This document shows, in pieces, positions 48,644 to 59,077 of a stretch of DNA of 64,000 nt. The position numbers were made by a program, and so were the translations under genes. How positions within the stretch are numbered: the stretch's first letter is position 1; each line of letters begins with the position of its first letter. The stretch is from a virus (taxonomy: Duplodnaviria; Caudoviricetes): IMG/VR virus record IMGVR_UViG_3300033463_000027, positions 1-64,000 of that record, one strand, 5' to 3'. The notes under the pieces are model-generated. The model ran no database searches and was not told the origin of the DNA. It saw nothing but the letters and a program-made list of their open reading frames with translations.

Positions 48644-50173
48644 TCATACGCGGTTTTCAGGGAGATTAGTGTCATTACTTCGAGCTGCTTCACCCGTAGG
48701 AGACAAGTCGCCATCGTCAATTGTAGGTCTGCCAGTATCTTCGCTATCACCCGATTGCGTGTAGCTCGTTTTAAGAGGTGTCCACCCATCAAACATATCC
48801 TTAAACAGAGTGTTCTCTACAAACGAATTACCCAAGACGTTACATACACTCATTCCATTGACTGCACCCAATGCAAATTTATTAGGTAAACCATTTTGCG
48901 CCTGTTTCAGAACTTGGTCTTGCATATCCTTTTCATTAAAGGTAGTCATGTTCAAGAGCCTATATCTAAATGTATAAGCATTGTTTGCAAAGTACATCTT
49001 GCGTAACTTCATCTGCAAGTCTATCCAGTTCTCAATATGTCTGTATATCCTAAACACATCTCCGCTGTCATTAGTGATAGATAACTTTAACTCACTACCC
49101 GAAGTCGCACCACTCATGAGGGCTTCTGAAACACCTACGTCCTTAAAAGCCCAACTTATAGCGTTAGAAACATTATCTCTGTTATCCGCGTTGCTCGAAG
49201 TAAATTCTTCTGTTTCAGTATCAAATGGGGTCAAGATAACACCTATATGGTTTTTAACAACATTCAAGACCTCTTGCAAGAAAGGTTTAAGTAACCCCGC
49301 ATCGAGAGTGATTTGTCCATCTTTAGTAGGTATTTTCATTGTAAGCAGCTTATAAGCATCATTCACACTCTGAGTTTTAGCCAAATCTTTAAAGTCATCA
49401 ACCAACAGTATGTCAGCTATCATCATAAGGAAAGGAGGATAGGGGAATGGAAAGTCAGTATTATACTTCAAACACAATGAGTTAGACATAGGTATTGGAA
49501 CTCTGCCATCTGTATTTTGGTCTTGGTCTATCAAAACCCTAAGTGCTTCGGGGAATAACTGTATCTTTGCCTTTGGCAACTTTCTCTTATTGATGCAAAA
49601 CTGGAACACAGTACCATCAACTATACTGTTTATCTCACAATACATAGGGTCTAAGAAGTAATACTTTAATCCAAAATCATCTTCCTCAACAAACGCAAAG
49701 CATACATCGTTCTTGTAAAGTCTCTTGAAGATATCATGACCAACCTTTTGTAGATTTATCTTATCAGCTTGATAAGCATACTTTATATAGTTAGTCCGAA
49801 AAGCGTTCTGATTAGAATATGCCTTTGGACTATTAATGTTGGTTTCAACTGTATAATTAAGTATGATCTGATTCACAAAGTAATCTATAAGTCGCTTATA
49901 ATACCCTGACTTTAGATACATATAGTCACTCAGCTTCAAGATTTTATTTCTAAATCTTTCGGGCTGTTCAATCATCTGCAAAATGTCACAGCGCCTAAAT
50001 CCCATAAAGGTAGCATCAAACTTGGGGAATGTCAGCTCATGTAAAACTAATCGTGCAAACGCATCATAGTCAAACACTTGTGTCTTGCCATCAAGAAAGT
50101 CATTTACTATCTGCTCGTCCTGTTCTTTTTGAACAAGACCAATATTATCTTTGTCAGTCAATTTGTCAGCCAA
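48644..50173 (-). CDS. portal protein
   Basis: About 510 aa directly after the terminase; TTG start after GAAAGGTGGTGG; PLKTSYTQSG...GRP C-terminus. Confidence 0.8.
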   Translation of the reverse strand: MADKLTDKDNIGLVQKEQDEQIVNDFLDGKTQVFDYDAFARLVLHELTFPKFDATFMGFRRCDILQMIEQPERFRNKILKLSDYMYLKSGYYKRLIDYFVNQIILNYTVETNINSPKAYSNQNAFRTNYIKYAYQADKINLQKVGHDIFKRLYKNDVCFAFVEEDDFGLKYYFLDPMYCEINSIVDGTVFQFCINKRKLPKAKIQLFPEALRVLIDQDQNTDGRVPIPMSNSLCLKYNTDFPFPYPPFLMMIADILLVDDFKDLAKTQSVNDAYKLLTMKIPTKDGQITLDAGLLKPFLQEVLNVVKNHIGVILTPFDTETEEFTSSNADNRDNVSNAISWAFKDVGVSEALMSGATSGSELKLSITNDSGDVFRIYRHIENWIDLQMKLRKMYFANNAYTFRYRLLNMTTFNEKDMQDQVLKQAQNGLPNKFALGAVNGMSVCNVLGNSFVENTLFKDMFDGWTPLKTSYTQSGDSEDTGRPTIDDGDLSPTGEAARSNDTNLPENRV

Positions 50174-50192
50174 TTTGCCACCACCTTTCCAT

Positions 50193-50342
50193 TTAAGATA
50201 AAGCACTTATAATAGAGGGACTACGCCCTAAAGAGAGAATATCCAAATAAGCATTGTCATTCTGAGGTTTTGTAACTTTTGTATTACGACGTAACTGTGC
50301 GAGATAGAAACACAAGAGTCCCGCAACAAAACATCTATCGTC
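50193..50342 (-). CDS. terL: terminase large subunit, exon 2 (49 aa)
   Basis: DDRCFVAGLLCFYLAQLRR... completes the HDDR motif. Confidence 0.88.
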   Translation of the reverse strand, partial: DDRCFVAGLLCFYLAQLRRNTKVTKPQNDNAYLDILSLGRSPSIISALS

Positions 50343-50597
50343 CCTATTGTTACCATGACCGAGGTTCTTCCAAGAGTGTCTTTACACTCGACCCCGATTC
50401 TCGCATTTCAATGTTAGATTATAGTGCGAGTTCAGACTGTCGCATCCCTATATAATACCGATAGGGTTCTTTCACTCAGTCGTTCACGCTGTATTTAAAC
50501 TTGCGCCCTGTCACCCATCGCTGGGTTTCCAAGTCAATCAGAAAGAATTTATCCATGTGGGATATGGATTAACCCACAAAATGCACAACGAAATTTT
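50343..50597 (-). ncRNA. 255-nt ORF-less group I intron in terL
   Basis: P1 AUGCAU/GUGCAU (U.G); P10 UCGUU/GACGA; P3 UUCUUUC/GAAAGAA; P5 CCCA/UGGG; P7 GACUG/CAGUC; P8 CCCUAU/AUAGGG; terminal G. Confidence 0.9.
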
Positions 50598-52301
50598 ATG
50601 CATCGTATTTCTTTTATCAGGCGGGAAGTCATACTTGACATTACCACTTGTTACATACTTACACATAGTTACAATCTCAGTTTTCATAAGCTCAATTTGA
50701 GCCAATGCAACCTTTTGGTCAAAGGTCAATTCAGTTTTCATTTCATTACCATCATCATCAATGGTGAATACATATTCCTTACTTGTGTCATACTCCGCAG
50801 GAAATGTTACAACACCCAACTTAATCATCTGTTCCAATGATTCAAAGATAGCATTGCGATTACCCTTTGGGTCAACAAGTTTGATTATATCAACAGCATC
50901 GGGATATTTTGTCTTGGCTGTCTCACTCGATTTATGAGCGCGATCTATAAGACCTTTATGCTCAATCCCATGCTCATCTTTCCAATTTTCAAAGAGATAG
51001 TCAGTGATACCACCAATCATGTTACCACCAGCACCTGAATCGCACACAACAGCCTTAATGTTCTCATAATCGAGTTTCATTTTATCGTTGCCATTATACT
51101 TTAAAAGTAACTTCTTAAATTCTTCAACCTGTTCGGGCATACGCATAGGAGTCTTAGACTTTGTGCTTATATCCACAAGAGATACGAGATTGCTAATATC
51201 CATACGCCAACCTATATTACTATCAAAGGTTAGCTCTGCGATACCGATAACTGAATTATCGTTTAATCGTGCAGAGTCCCACGCAAAAACAAACAGCCTA
51301 TCTCCTGTATCATTTTCAAGTAAAGGCAAACGATTTGTAGTACATTGTCTTAAATCTCGTCTGCTCAATATTTGTTCATCATAAGAGTCTGCTGAGAACT
51401 TATTGTACAACTCACGCAAAGCCTTGTCTCGGTTGTCAGACATAGCATTATCAACCTTGTCCTGCGATATCAGCGGCGGGTAAGGATCACCATTAAATTT
51501 TGCTTTCATAACTGTTTCAACAGTAAGGTTACAAGCAAAGTAATGTTGATTGCCTTTAAGCATTTCTTTACTAAAAGTCTTGAACTTTTTGTAAAACTCA
51601 GAAGAAGTATCACTTGCAGAAGAGGCATAAAGCAATTGACGGGGAAACCCTTTTGGTTCAATTGACAAGTCAATATTACCACCGAGTTTAAAGTTTTCAT
51701 CTTGGTTTACAAAGTTTTCAGCCTGAACGAACAATTCGTCACTAAACCAGCCAGCTTCATCAAAACCTACCATGTTAGCACGTTTACCCTTAATATTTGT
51801 AATATCAGAGTTTAGCGTATTAACCGTAGAGCCATTAAACAATTCACAAGTGAAAGAAGCTGGGCTGTGAACAAAGCCATCACTATTAGTGGATTTTTTT
51901 AATTCTTCCCAAAAAACATCAGTACAACCCGCAAAGGATTCTATCTCTTTCTTGGCAAGTTTCTCAATCTTTTTAAAAGTATCTTTTGCCTGTTCACCAG
52001 TATTACCTAAAAAATATGTAGCATGAAATGGGAAAAGTAAGCTCTTCGCCATAGTATATATAGCTAACAAAGAGGATTTACTTCCGTTTCTTGAAACTAA
52101 CCATAAAGCAAAATCTCTATTCCAAGAGTTTTCTATGATGTACTTCTGAAAGTCAAGCAACTCCACGCCCATAAATCTCGCGGCAAATGCCGAGGGGTGA
52201 GTTCGCCCCCAAACAATGACTTTAGCATACTTCTCATAAGTCTCCATCTTCCTCGCAGAGATTTCTTTATCAGTAGGTTTAGTAATTATAGTTAATGCCA
52301 T
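50598..52301 (-). CDS. terL: terminase large subunit, exon 1 (568 codons; spliced product 617 aa)
   Basis: SRNGSKS Walker A, GFDEAG Walker B, YASSA, AWDSARLND nuclease motif; ends NTMH. Confidence 0.9.
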
Positions 52302-52309
52302 AATACCAC

Positions 52310-53437
52310 CTACTTTTTCTTCTTACGAGCATCGAGTTTGCCTATTTCGTCATTGAGCAACTTAATCTCAATTCTTAGTTTGCGCCTTTCTTCTTCGAGA
52401 ACATCTATTCGTTCTTGTTGCTTGGCTACAAGTTCTGTCTGCTGCGACAACATTTCTGCGTATTCATCACCACTCAAAGCCAACTCTGCAAGGATAGCTC
52501 TAATATTATCAGTCGCTACCTCTTTATAGGAATCACTAAGTTTTGACGATACCACATTAACTTTAGTTTCCTCAAATCCATGCTCGCCCATCTCACGCAT
52601 AATTCTTGTAAGTGAATTTCCTGTCTGAGTTTTCTTACCACTTGTTATAGCAGAGATACCATTCTCCTTTGCCATAGCATTAATTGCGGCAAGCAAGCCT
52701 TTCTTAACACCTGACAATTTATTCAATTGGTCAGCATCTATCTTGCTTTTACGCAACTCCATGTTAAGTATCTTGTCGATCTGTTCAACCTGAACATAGG
52801 TCTTGACCATAGCAATAACAGATTGTATTTTATGAGAATCCTCTAAAACATCATCGGTAAGGTAATCTGCCAAAGTATTGTAAGCAAAACGCCTATCATC
52901 ATCGCTCCATGAGTCATCGTCAAAACAATCATAACCAATAGAAGAAATAACATAGGTCAAGTTCTTCTTATCTTGGTCATTCATCTTCCTTGCTATAGGC
53001 ATATCAGCAGGAGTTGTCAACTCAGTAATGGTATCATTCAGTTCAGCAATTGTATCTCTGAATGTTTTGTTTTTGTACTGTTGTTGACCACTAATGATTC
53101 TACAATACTTACCAAAGCTACAATCAGACTTGTCGGCAATATCATAAAAAGCCTTATCTGTATAATAGAAATCACAAAAAGCGCACAACGCCATGTAGAC
53201 GAGTCTCTTATCCCTAAACTGTTTCTCTAAGTCTTTCTGAATTTCTTCAAGACAATGAGAACAAATAGGTATACGGTTGTCATTCTGCAAAAACAGATCG
53301 CTCTTTGCGTTCTTAAAGAAGTTGCCTTCATATTTGGTAAAGTTCCTGCCACACCTAATACAAGGATTAGGCTCAACAGGGGGTTTCTTTATCTTCTTTG
53401 GGCGACCTCGTTTACGAGGTGTTGTCGTTGTCGCCAT
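52310..53437 (-). CDS. putative terminase small subunit
   Basis: CxxC pairs; directly upstream of terL as in SPbeta-like phages. Confidence 0.55.
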   Translation of the reverse strand: MATTTTPRKRGRPKKIKKPPVEPNPCIRCGRNFTKYEGNFFKNAKSDLFLQNDNRIPICSHCLEEIQKDLEKQFRDKRLVYMALCAFCDFYYTDKAFYDIADKSDCSFGKYCRIISGQQQYKNKTFRDTIAELNDTITELTTPADMPIARKMNDQDKKNLTYVISSIGYDCFDDDSWSDDDRRFAYNTLADYLTDDVLEDSHKIQSVIAMVKTYVQVEQIDKILNMELRKSKIDADQLNKLSGVKKGLLAAINAMAKENGISAITSGKKTQTGNSLTRIMREMGEHGFEETKVNVVSSKLSDSYKEVATDNIRAILAELALSGDEYAEMLSQQTELVAKQQERIDVLEEERRKLRIEIKLLNDEIGKLDARKKKK

Positions 53438-53467
53438 TTAGTTTTCTCCTTTCTTATAATACTGTAA

Positions 53468-53538
53468 TTGCGGGAGCAAGAGTCGAACTTGCAATGCGAA
53501 CTTATGAGGATCGCCTGTTTCCTTTACATTATCCCGCC
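53468..53538 (-). tRNA. tRNA-Met(CAT)-like, atypical, no encoded CCA
   Basis: GCGGGA/TCCCGC acceptor with a 1:72 mismatch; CT-CAT-AA loop; GCAAG-TTCGACT-CTTGC T arm; T.T mismatch in the anticodon stem. Confidence 0.7.
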
Positions 53539-53594
53539 ATATAAAAGGGCAGCCACAACTGTTGTCACGACCACCCCAAGAGGAAAATATATGA

Positions 53595-54056
53595 TTAGGT
53601 ATCAAAATCAAAACAAAGAACTCTCTTACCATCAGCCCTATTCAGCCACTTAGCAGTAGAATCCTTATGAATGTAGTAGAAATTCTCCCCACAATCTTCC
53701 TCAAAAATATTGGGGAGCTTATCAAGATTTTCTATAAAGCACACTCTATCACTTGCGATGGTGAACGCAAGAGTTTCAATCGCTTCATTATTAAACAATC
53801 CTACAATCTCATTGAGTGAGTATTCCTCAAACATAGAAAACCTTGTCTGTATCTCAGGCGCACAATGAGGATTGAGAATAAAATAATAAAACAGAGTTTC
53901 TATGAAAGTCCTCGGTGCAATCACCATAAGACAGCCATAGTCGTGTGTCTTTTCCATATCTATCTTCTGTTTAAACAAATCTTCTACGTCAAGCAAGAAA
54001 TCTTCCATGCACTCAAACGTATAGTTTTGCACAAGATCAGTATATTTGTATACCAT
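53595..54056 (-). CDS. hypothetical protein
   Basis: Operon packing; RBS. Confidence 0.6.
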   Translation of the reverse strand: MVYKYTDLVQNYTFECMEDFLLDVEDLFKQKIDMEKTHDYGCLMVIAPRTFIETLFYYFILNPHCAPEIQTRFSMFEEYSLNEIVGLFNNEAIETLAFTIASDRVCFIENLDKLPNIFEEDCGENFYYIHKDSTAKWLNRADGKRVLCFDFDT

Positions 54057-54071
54057 AGTTTTTACAACCTT

Positions 54072-55292
54072 TCAGTTTAATTTTATATCATACTGGACAG
54101 ACTTACCTAAGCCTTCCTCAAACACTAAGAAAGTGGCACTTGCGTTTGAAGTCTTGTTAAGGGACAGTCCATAAGAGTCCACTCCGATAATTGAGCCAAC
54201 AGAAATAGCTTCACAATCTATACCTGTCTCAACATTTTCTCTATGATGTTTATGTCCACCAATCAGATAATCAATAGGCATTTTATACGATCTACCAAAA
54301 TCATCAATGGCTTTGCCGAGGTCTTTAACCTCTCCATGAATAGCAAGTACATTGTATTCGCCACATATCAACTGGAAGGGATAGCCTGTTGGGTTCTCGA
54401 TTATCTCTATGTTGGGATTGTTTTCAAGACGAGATTTGATTATCTCGGTAATCACCACAGACATATCTTCATCAGGGAAGGCGTTCTTCGGAGCGCCGCA
54501 AATCCTCAATTGACAATGGTTCGACCTCTTAACAATCTGCAACTTTATATTTACTTTCTCGCTTAATCTGTTCAACCATTCAGCTAAAAAGTTCGCATAC
54601 TTCACAGCAGATTCAAGAATGCCATAACGCAATTTCATAAGTTGTGAAGTCAATCTGAGAATGGAATCAATCGAATCCCCACACTCCCATATATGAATAG
54701 TATCAAGCTGTTCCTTTTCAATAATATCACATACCTTATTAAACAGATACCACATTCTCTGTTCAAAGATTTCCGGGGAATAGGCATTAAGCGTTTCTCC
54801 AAACAATCCTTTAATGTCAAACTCAACGCCATAATGACAGTCAGAAAGAACCAAGATACCCTCTTTTGCAGTATTTTCTTTAACAGTTCTTATTTTAGGA
54901 ATGGTTAAAGGTTCAAGTGAACGCACAGCATTAACAATCTGTTCAGTAATCATCTCGTCCCTTGCGTTCTCACGCAACCAACGATTGTATTCTAATTTCT
55001 CAGTTTGGAGCTTCTTGCGTTCCTTTTCAAGTTCGCGCTTCTTTTCATCGAGACTGTTGGCGTAAGAACCACTATCCATCTTATCAAAGACTTTTGCTTT
55101 GTAAGCCTTTGCTGCGTTGATCGCTTTACGATAGCTCGATTCACAACGATGAGGTTCGCCAACAGGATCACGCCAACGTGTATTTATTTCATCGGCAAGA
55201 CCCTTCCATGTAATCTTACCATCTTTTACATATTCGGCAGTTCGCCATATGTATTGAAGTTCGTTTTCACCATCTCGAATGTTTAAATCCAA
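54072..55292 (-). CDS. calcineurin-like metallophosphoesterase (YonJ-like)
   Basis: LSDCHYG, CGDSID, SNH, AIHGE, GGHKHH. Confidence 0.8.
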   Translation of the reverse strand: MDLNIRDGENELQYIWRTAEYVKDGKITWKGLADEINTRWRDPVGEPHRCESSYRKAINAAKAYKAKVFDKMDSGSYANSLDEKKRELEKERKKLQTEKLEYNRWLRENARDEMITEQIVNAVRSLEPLTIPKIRTVKENTAKEGILVLSDCHYGVEFDIKGLFGETLNAYSPEIFEQRMWYLFNKVCDIIEKEQLDTIHIWECGDSIDSILRLTSQLMKLRYGILESAVKYANFLAEWLNRLSEKVNIKLQIVKRSNHCQLRICGAPKNAFPDEDMSVVITEIIKSRLENNPNIEIIENPTGYPFQLICGEYNVLAIHGEVKDLGKAIDDFGRSYKMPIDYLIGGHKHHRENVETGIDCEAISVGSIIGVDSYGLSLNKTSNASATFLVFEEGLGKSVQYDIKLN

Positions 55293-55346
55293 AAGGTTAC
55301 ACTCCTTTATCTTATAATTTTCTGCAAAATTTAAATATTGCAGAAT

Positions 55347-55541
55347 TTACATAAGTTCAACAGAACTATTCACGCTAATACTAACGTCTTTCTCAACAAG
55401 TCCATTATCCTCTAACAAAGAAAGCAGAGAGATAGGTTCAGCAACGTCCTCTACCTCAATGAATATCTCATTGTTATCAGTTACAGTTATAATACCCTTT
55501 ATAGACAAAGAGTTCTTAGAAACTATTTTTGCGGCAGCCAT
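55347..55541 (-). CDS. YonK-like small protein
   Basis: 64 aa, SLSIKGII...VSISV; upstream of the YonJ-like gene. Confidence 0.55.
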   Translation of the reverse strand: MAAAKIVSKNSLSIKGIITVTDNNEIFIEVEDVAEPISLLSLLEDNGLVEKDVSISVNSSVELM

Positions 55542-55557
55542 AATATTTTTCCTTTCA

Positions 55558-56346
55558 TTATATAAAATCTTTTCTTAACTTTTCGATTATACCAATCTGC
55601 CCTTTCCCAGTAACATAAGTCTTAGTCCCAATCTGTTCACCATAGGCAGTATTATAAGTATACTCTCTTACAACAAACCACCCATTGTCAACATATTTCT
55701 GATAAGGCTCATTCTTATGTTTGCCATGAGACATGAGGTACTTATTATCACGAAGCCACTCAAACAACCTATTTCTGCCAATTTTGATGTTTTCTTTCTT
55801 AGCAAGTTTTGCAAGAGTGGACATATCAATCAAATCGCTCGTATCAGCAACGTGGTCAGCAAATTCAACTTTGGGTTTATCGGCTTCTATCTTTTGTTCA
55901 AGTGGTTTAATATAATTATTTTCCAAATTATTTAATGCAATCGCTCTACCTACTTCACTATCAGCATGAATTATATTAAGATACAATAAATCCTTCTTAT
56001 CTTTTTCACCAATAATATAAGTTCCTGTTTTTCGTAATGAAGGAAGAACTTTGCTTGTTACCCAACGTTTAAATTCTTTTGCACTCGGAAGCCTGCTTGA
56101 AAGTATAAGACTGTACAAACCACTTTCATTTATTATAGCAAGCTCTTGCAGCCCTCCAAGGGTGTCGAGATTCACGACTCCCTTATCTTCAACGTCAACG
56201 TGTCTTGCAAGTGCATCTCTGGTATTATTATATCCAAGCACCAAAGCTACGTCTTTACCTACGAACCAAGGCTCTCCGTTGATTACCACAGTTCTAACCC
56301 TGCCAAATTCTTCATTCTCAAATACCTTAACAATCTGATTTTCCAT
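55558..56346 (-). CDS. BRO-N / ANT (KilA-C) antirepressor
   Basis: FENEEFGRVRTVVINGEPWFVGKDVA, INESGLYSLILSSRLP, KPKVEFAD, TYVTGKGQ. Confidence 0.93.
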   Translation of the reverse strand: MENQIVKVFENEEFGRVRTVVINGEPWFVGKDVALVLGYNNTRDALARHVDVEDKGVVNLDTLGGLQELAIINESGLYSLILSSRLPSAKEFKRWVTSKVLPSLRKTGTYIIGEKDKKDLLYLNIIHADSEVGRAIALNNLENNYIKPLEQKIEADKPKVEFADHVADTSDLIDMSTLAKLAKKENIKIGRNRLFEWLRDNKYLMSHGKHKNEPYQKYVDNGWFVVREYTYNTAYGEQIGTKTYVTGKGQIGIIEKLRKDFI

Positions 56347-56389
56347 AAAGTATCTTTCCTTTCTACTTAATAAAGTATCGTTTGTTTTC

Positions 56390-56605
56390 TTACTCGCTAT
56401 CAACACCAATGATTTCTCTCATTCGCGCCAATGTAAGTAAATCTTCCTTGAATTTATTATCCAACCTAAAAATGAAAACAGTTTTTTCCTTGTTTTCCTT
56501 ATTAGGTTTAATATCTATAATAGTATTCCCCAGTCTTAACAATTGTCTTGCTGTTCTTGCTGAGAAAATTGCCTTTGTATTTTTTATTTCATCCATTTTT
56601 TTCAT
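56390..56605 (-). CDS. small hypothetical protein
   Basis: IFSARTARQLLRLG...IKPNKENKEKTVFIF. Confidence 0.65.
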   Translation of the reverse strand: MKKMDEIKNTKAIFSARTARQLLRLGNTIIDIKPNKENKEKTVFIFRLDNKFKEDLLTLARMREIIGVDSE

Positions 56606-56623
56606 GACCTTTCTATTGGATTT

Positions 56624-57919
56624 TCAAATCAGGTCTGCCAATTCAGCAATCTCAGACCTATAATTGTTCTTCAACTTAACGCATCCAAAGCTCTTATGAC
56701 CCTTGAATACATCTATAAGCCTAAACAGCCCACACGCTCTGTCAACGTCGCGCTGTTCCAAAATGTCACCCTCTAAAATTATTTTTGCGCCTTCCTTACA
56801 TCTCTGAATTATTGTCTTTAATGTATAAGGATCGAGATTTTGTGCTTCTGTCACATAACAGATAGTATCAGGAGTCATCTCCATACCTCTAATATTCGCT
56901 GTTGGAACTATTTGTAAGGTATCGCCCATCATGCGTTCTACCGCACTAACATCTCCGAGTTTTGACCCCAATATATTACCAATAGCGCCCTGAGTTAAAA
57001 TTTTCTCTTCAAGTGACCCCGGTGTGAAACCGAGCTGCCTTGCTCCACGCAAGGTTTCAAAATCATAAACAATAACACACTTTCTAAAAGTCTGTTTTTC
57101 CAAACCTTGCATTATAAAATTCAAGGGGATAGTAGTCTTACCACTGCCTGAACGCCCAAACAGCACAGTAATGTCATTATTAACAATACTGTCAAAAGCA
57201 CACCGCTGTATCTCGTCAAGAGGTTTTATGTTACCCAATGCTCTTGACTTAAAAGGTTTAGTCCCTACAACAGCATAGTTCTCACCAGTCCACTTGACAA
57301 CATCACAAGTGTTTCCCTCACTGTCTTGAATAACAGCGTACTCATTTATTTCACACTCAAAGATGTTTTCGCAATTATCCTTTGCATAGACCTCCGCAAG
57401 CTGTTCATCGGTACAAGTGATAATTTTATAGCCCTTATAGATTTCTCTACCCTGAATGTTATCAACCAAGACAGTTCTAATTGAGCTGCCGCAATTTGAA
57501 ATTATTTTACGCCATTCGGAAGATAACTCCAAAATCTTAGCAAATAAATAACACAAAACATCTTTGGTATAAAATAGTACATCGCATGGTTCAAAACCTT
57601 GATCTTTTCTCTCAAAGATATACCAATAAACAGAAGATACTATCCTCATATCATTGGTAATTTCAAAACCCAAATGGTCAAATTCAGCAAGAACACCATT
57701 TTGAGGAAAGGCAATAGATAACTTGTCCTCTTTCATGGCTTGTCTTATAGCCCTAACAGCTTGTCTTGCCTTAAACTTAACCTCTCCATCTTTGTGAACG
57801 TTGGTCTTGATATTTTCAAGTTCATCTATGACAGTTGAGGGGACAACCACATCTGTTAAGTCATCAAGTACAGAAGGGCAGTCCAAGAACACGTTGGTGT
57901 CATAAAACTTTTTGGTCAT
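56624..57919 (-). CDS. phoH: PIN-PhoH fusion protein
   Basis: FYDTNVF and VIDELE (PIN); GRSGSGKT, IRG, TEAQNL, GDILEQ, YRSEIAELAD (PhoH). Confidence 0.9.
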   Translation of the reverse strand: MTKKFYDTNVFLDCPSVLDDLTDVVVPSTVIDELENIKTNVHKDGEVKFKARQAVRAIRQAMKEDKLSIAFPQNGVLAEFDHLGFEITNDMRIVSSVYWYIFERKDQGFEPCDVLFYTKDVLCYLFAKILELSSEWRKIISNCGSSIRTVLVDNIQGREIYKGYKIITCTDEQLAEVYAKDNCENIFECEINEYAVIQDSEGNTCDVVKWTGENYAVVGTKPFKSRALGNIKPLDEIQRCAFDSIVNNDITVLFGRSGSGKTTIPLNFIMQGLEKQTFRKCVIVYDFETLRGARQLGFTPGSLEEKILTQGAIGNILGSKLGDVSAVERMMGDTLQIVPTANIRGMEMTPDTICYVTEAQNLDPYTLKTIIQRCKEGAKIILEGDILEQRDVDRACGLFRLIDVFKGHKSFGCVKLKNNYRSEIAELADLI

Positions 57920-57928
57920 ATCTCCACC

Positions 57929-58558
57929 TCAAAGAATATCATCAATATCAGTAAGCTCACAATCAGCACAACCAAGATTTATCTGTTCTTCATCAGTCAA
58001 GTACCAATCACTCTTAGAGTGCTTCATAAGTAGGCTGCGCTCGATCTTAGACTTCTCTATAATGTAAGTTCTCATATCCTCGACAATCTTCTTATAAGCC
58101 TTAGTTGATTCCTGAATATCCTCATAGTTACCCGATATACCGCTGGCACTACCACTATGAATAAGCATTTGTGACCTTGGCATACAGTAACGCTTGTGAC
58201 CCGCAAGAAGAATAAGTCCTGCCGCAGAATGAGCCATACTCATATTAACAGTTATAACAGGTGTCTTAGACCTCTCAATGATTGCGATAGTAGCATAAGT
58301 GCTATCAAGAACACCACCACCAGAATTAATCAGAATTACAATTTTCTTACGTTCTTCAACAGAAATACCTTTATCCTGTCTGTTATATTCCAAAATTCGA
58401 CCACCTACGTCTTGCAAAAGACACTCATCAATATCTCCATCAATCCATATAAGGCGATTCTCAATATCCTTATAGTGTCCAAGCAGATCGGGATCAGGGA
58501 GTTTAATATCCGCAATGTCTTTGGGAATAACAATATTCAGCATTGTGTTTTCATCCAT
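57929..58558 (-). CDS. clpP: ClpP-family protease
   Basis: INSGGG, AHSAA (Ser), LIH (His), DWYLT. Confidence 0.88.
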   Translation of the reverse strand: MDENTMLNIVIPKDIADIKLPDPDLLGHYKDIENRLIWIDGDIDECLLQDVGGRILEYNRQDKGISVEERKKIVILINSGGGVLDSTYATIAIIERSKTPVITVNMSMAHSAAGLILLAGHKRYCMPRSQMLIHSGSASGISGNYEDIQESTKAYKKIVEDMRTYIIEKSKIERSLLMKHSKSDWYLTDEEQINLGCADCELTDIDDIL

Positions 58559-58623
58559 AATCTTAATTCCTTTTCAAAATAAGTTAGCTGTTTATACAGC
58601 CCCTACGCACTGGACGTAGGATA

Positions 58624-58803
58624 TTAGTCAACACACTTCACTTCTTCACCGCGCAGCTCTGACAACACTTTCAGTACCTTTGGGGTTTCCTCAGTACAAT
58701 AATGATGACGTTTGCTTTTCTTAGCACAGAACCTTACAATGTGACAGTTATTCTTGAAGCGTTTCCGAAGTTCTTCTGCTTCGGTCTTAGTAATAGATAC
58801 CAA
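58624..58803 (-). CDS. 59-aa basic hypothetical protein (not in the ORF track)
   Basis: GAAAGG RBS, TTG start; MVSITKTEAEELRKRF...KSKRHHYCTEE. Confidence 0.6.
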   Translation of the reverse strand: MVSITKTEAEELRKRFKNNCHIVRFCAKKSKRHHYCTEETPKVLKVLSELRGEEVKCVD

Positions 58804-59077
58804 TGTGATACAACCTTTCTCAAATGTAAATTTATTATTAACAATGATTTTACATCATTGCAATTATACTATTGGCATGATATAATTATAATGAGATATT
58901 ATATTCTCTCATTAATAAAAAATCAAAGAAAAAAGCACACCCCTCAAAAACCGTTGATTTATCGGCGTTAGAGAGGTGTTATATAACAAGGCAAATTTTA
59001 ATAAAAATGTGGTAAATATATTTGGCTATTAACTGTTTATTATGTATATCTATTCATATATAGCTATTTATTGATGA

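Noticed and set aside
50538-50597. TerL C-terminus KISLCILWVNPYPTWINSF
   Set aside because: Read-through into intron sequence; the real C-terminus is exon 2
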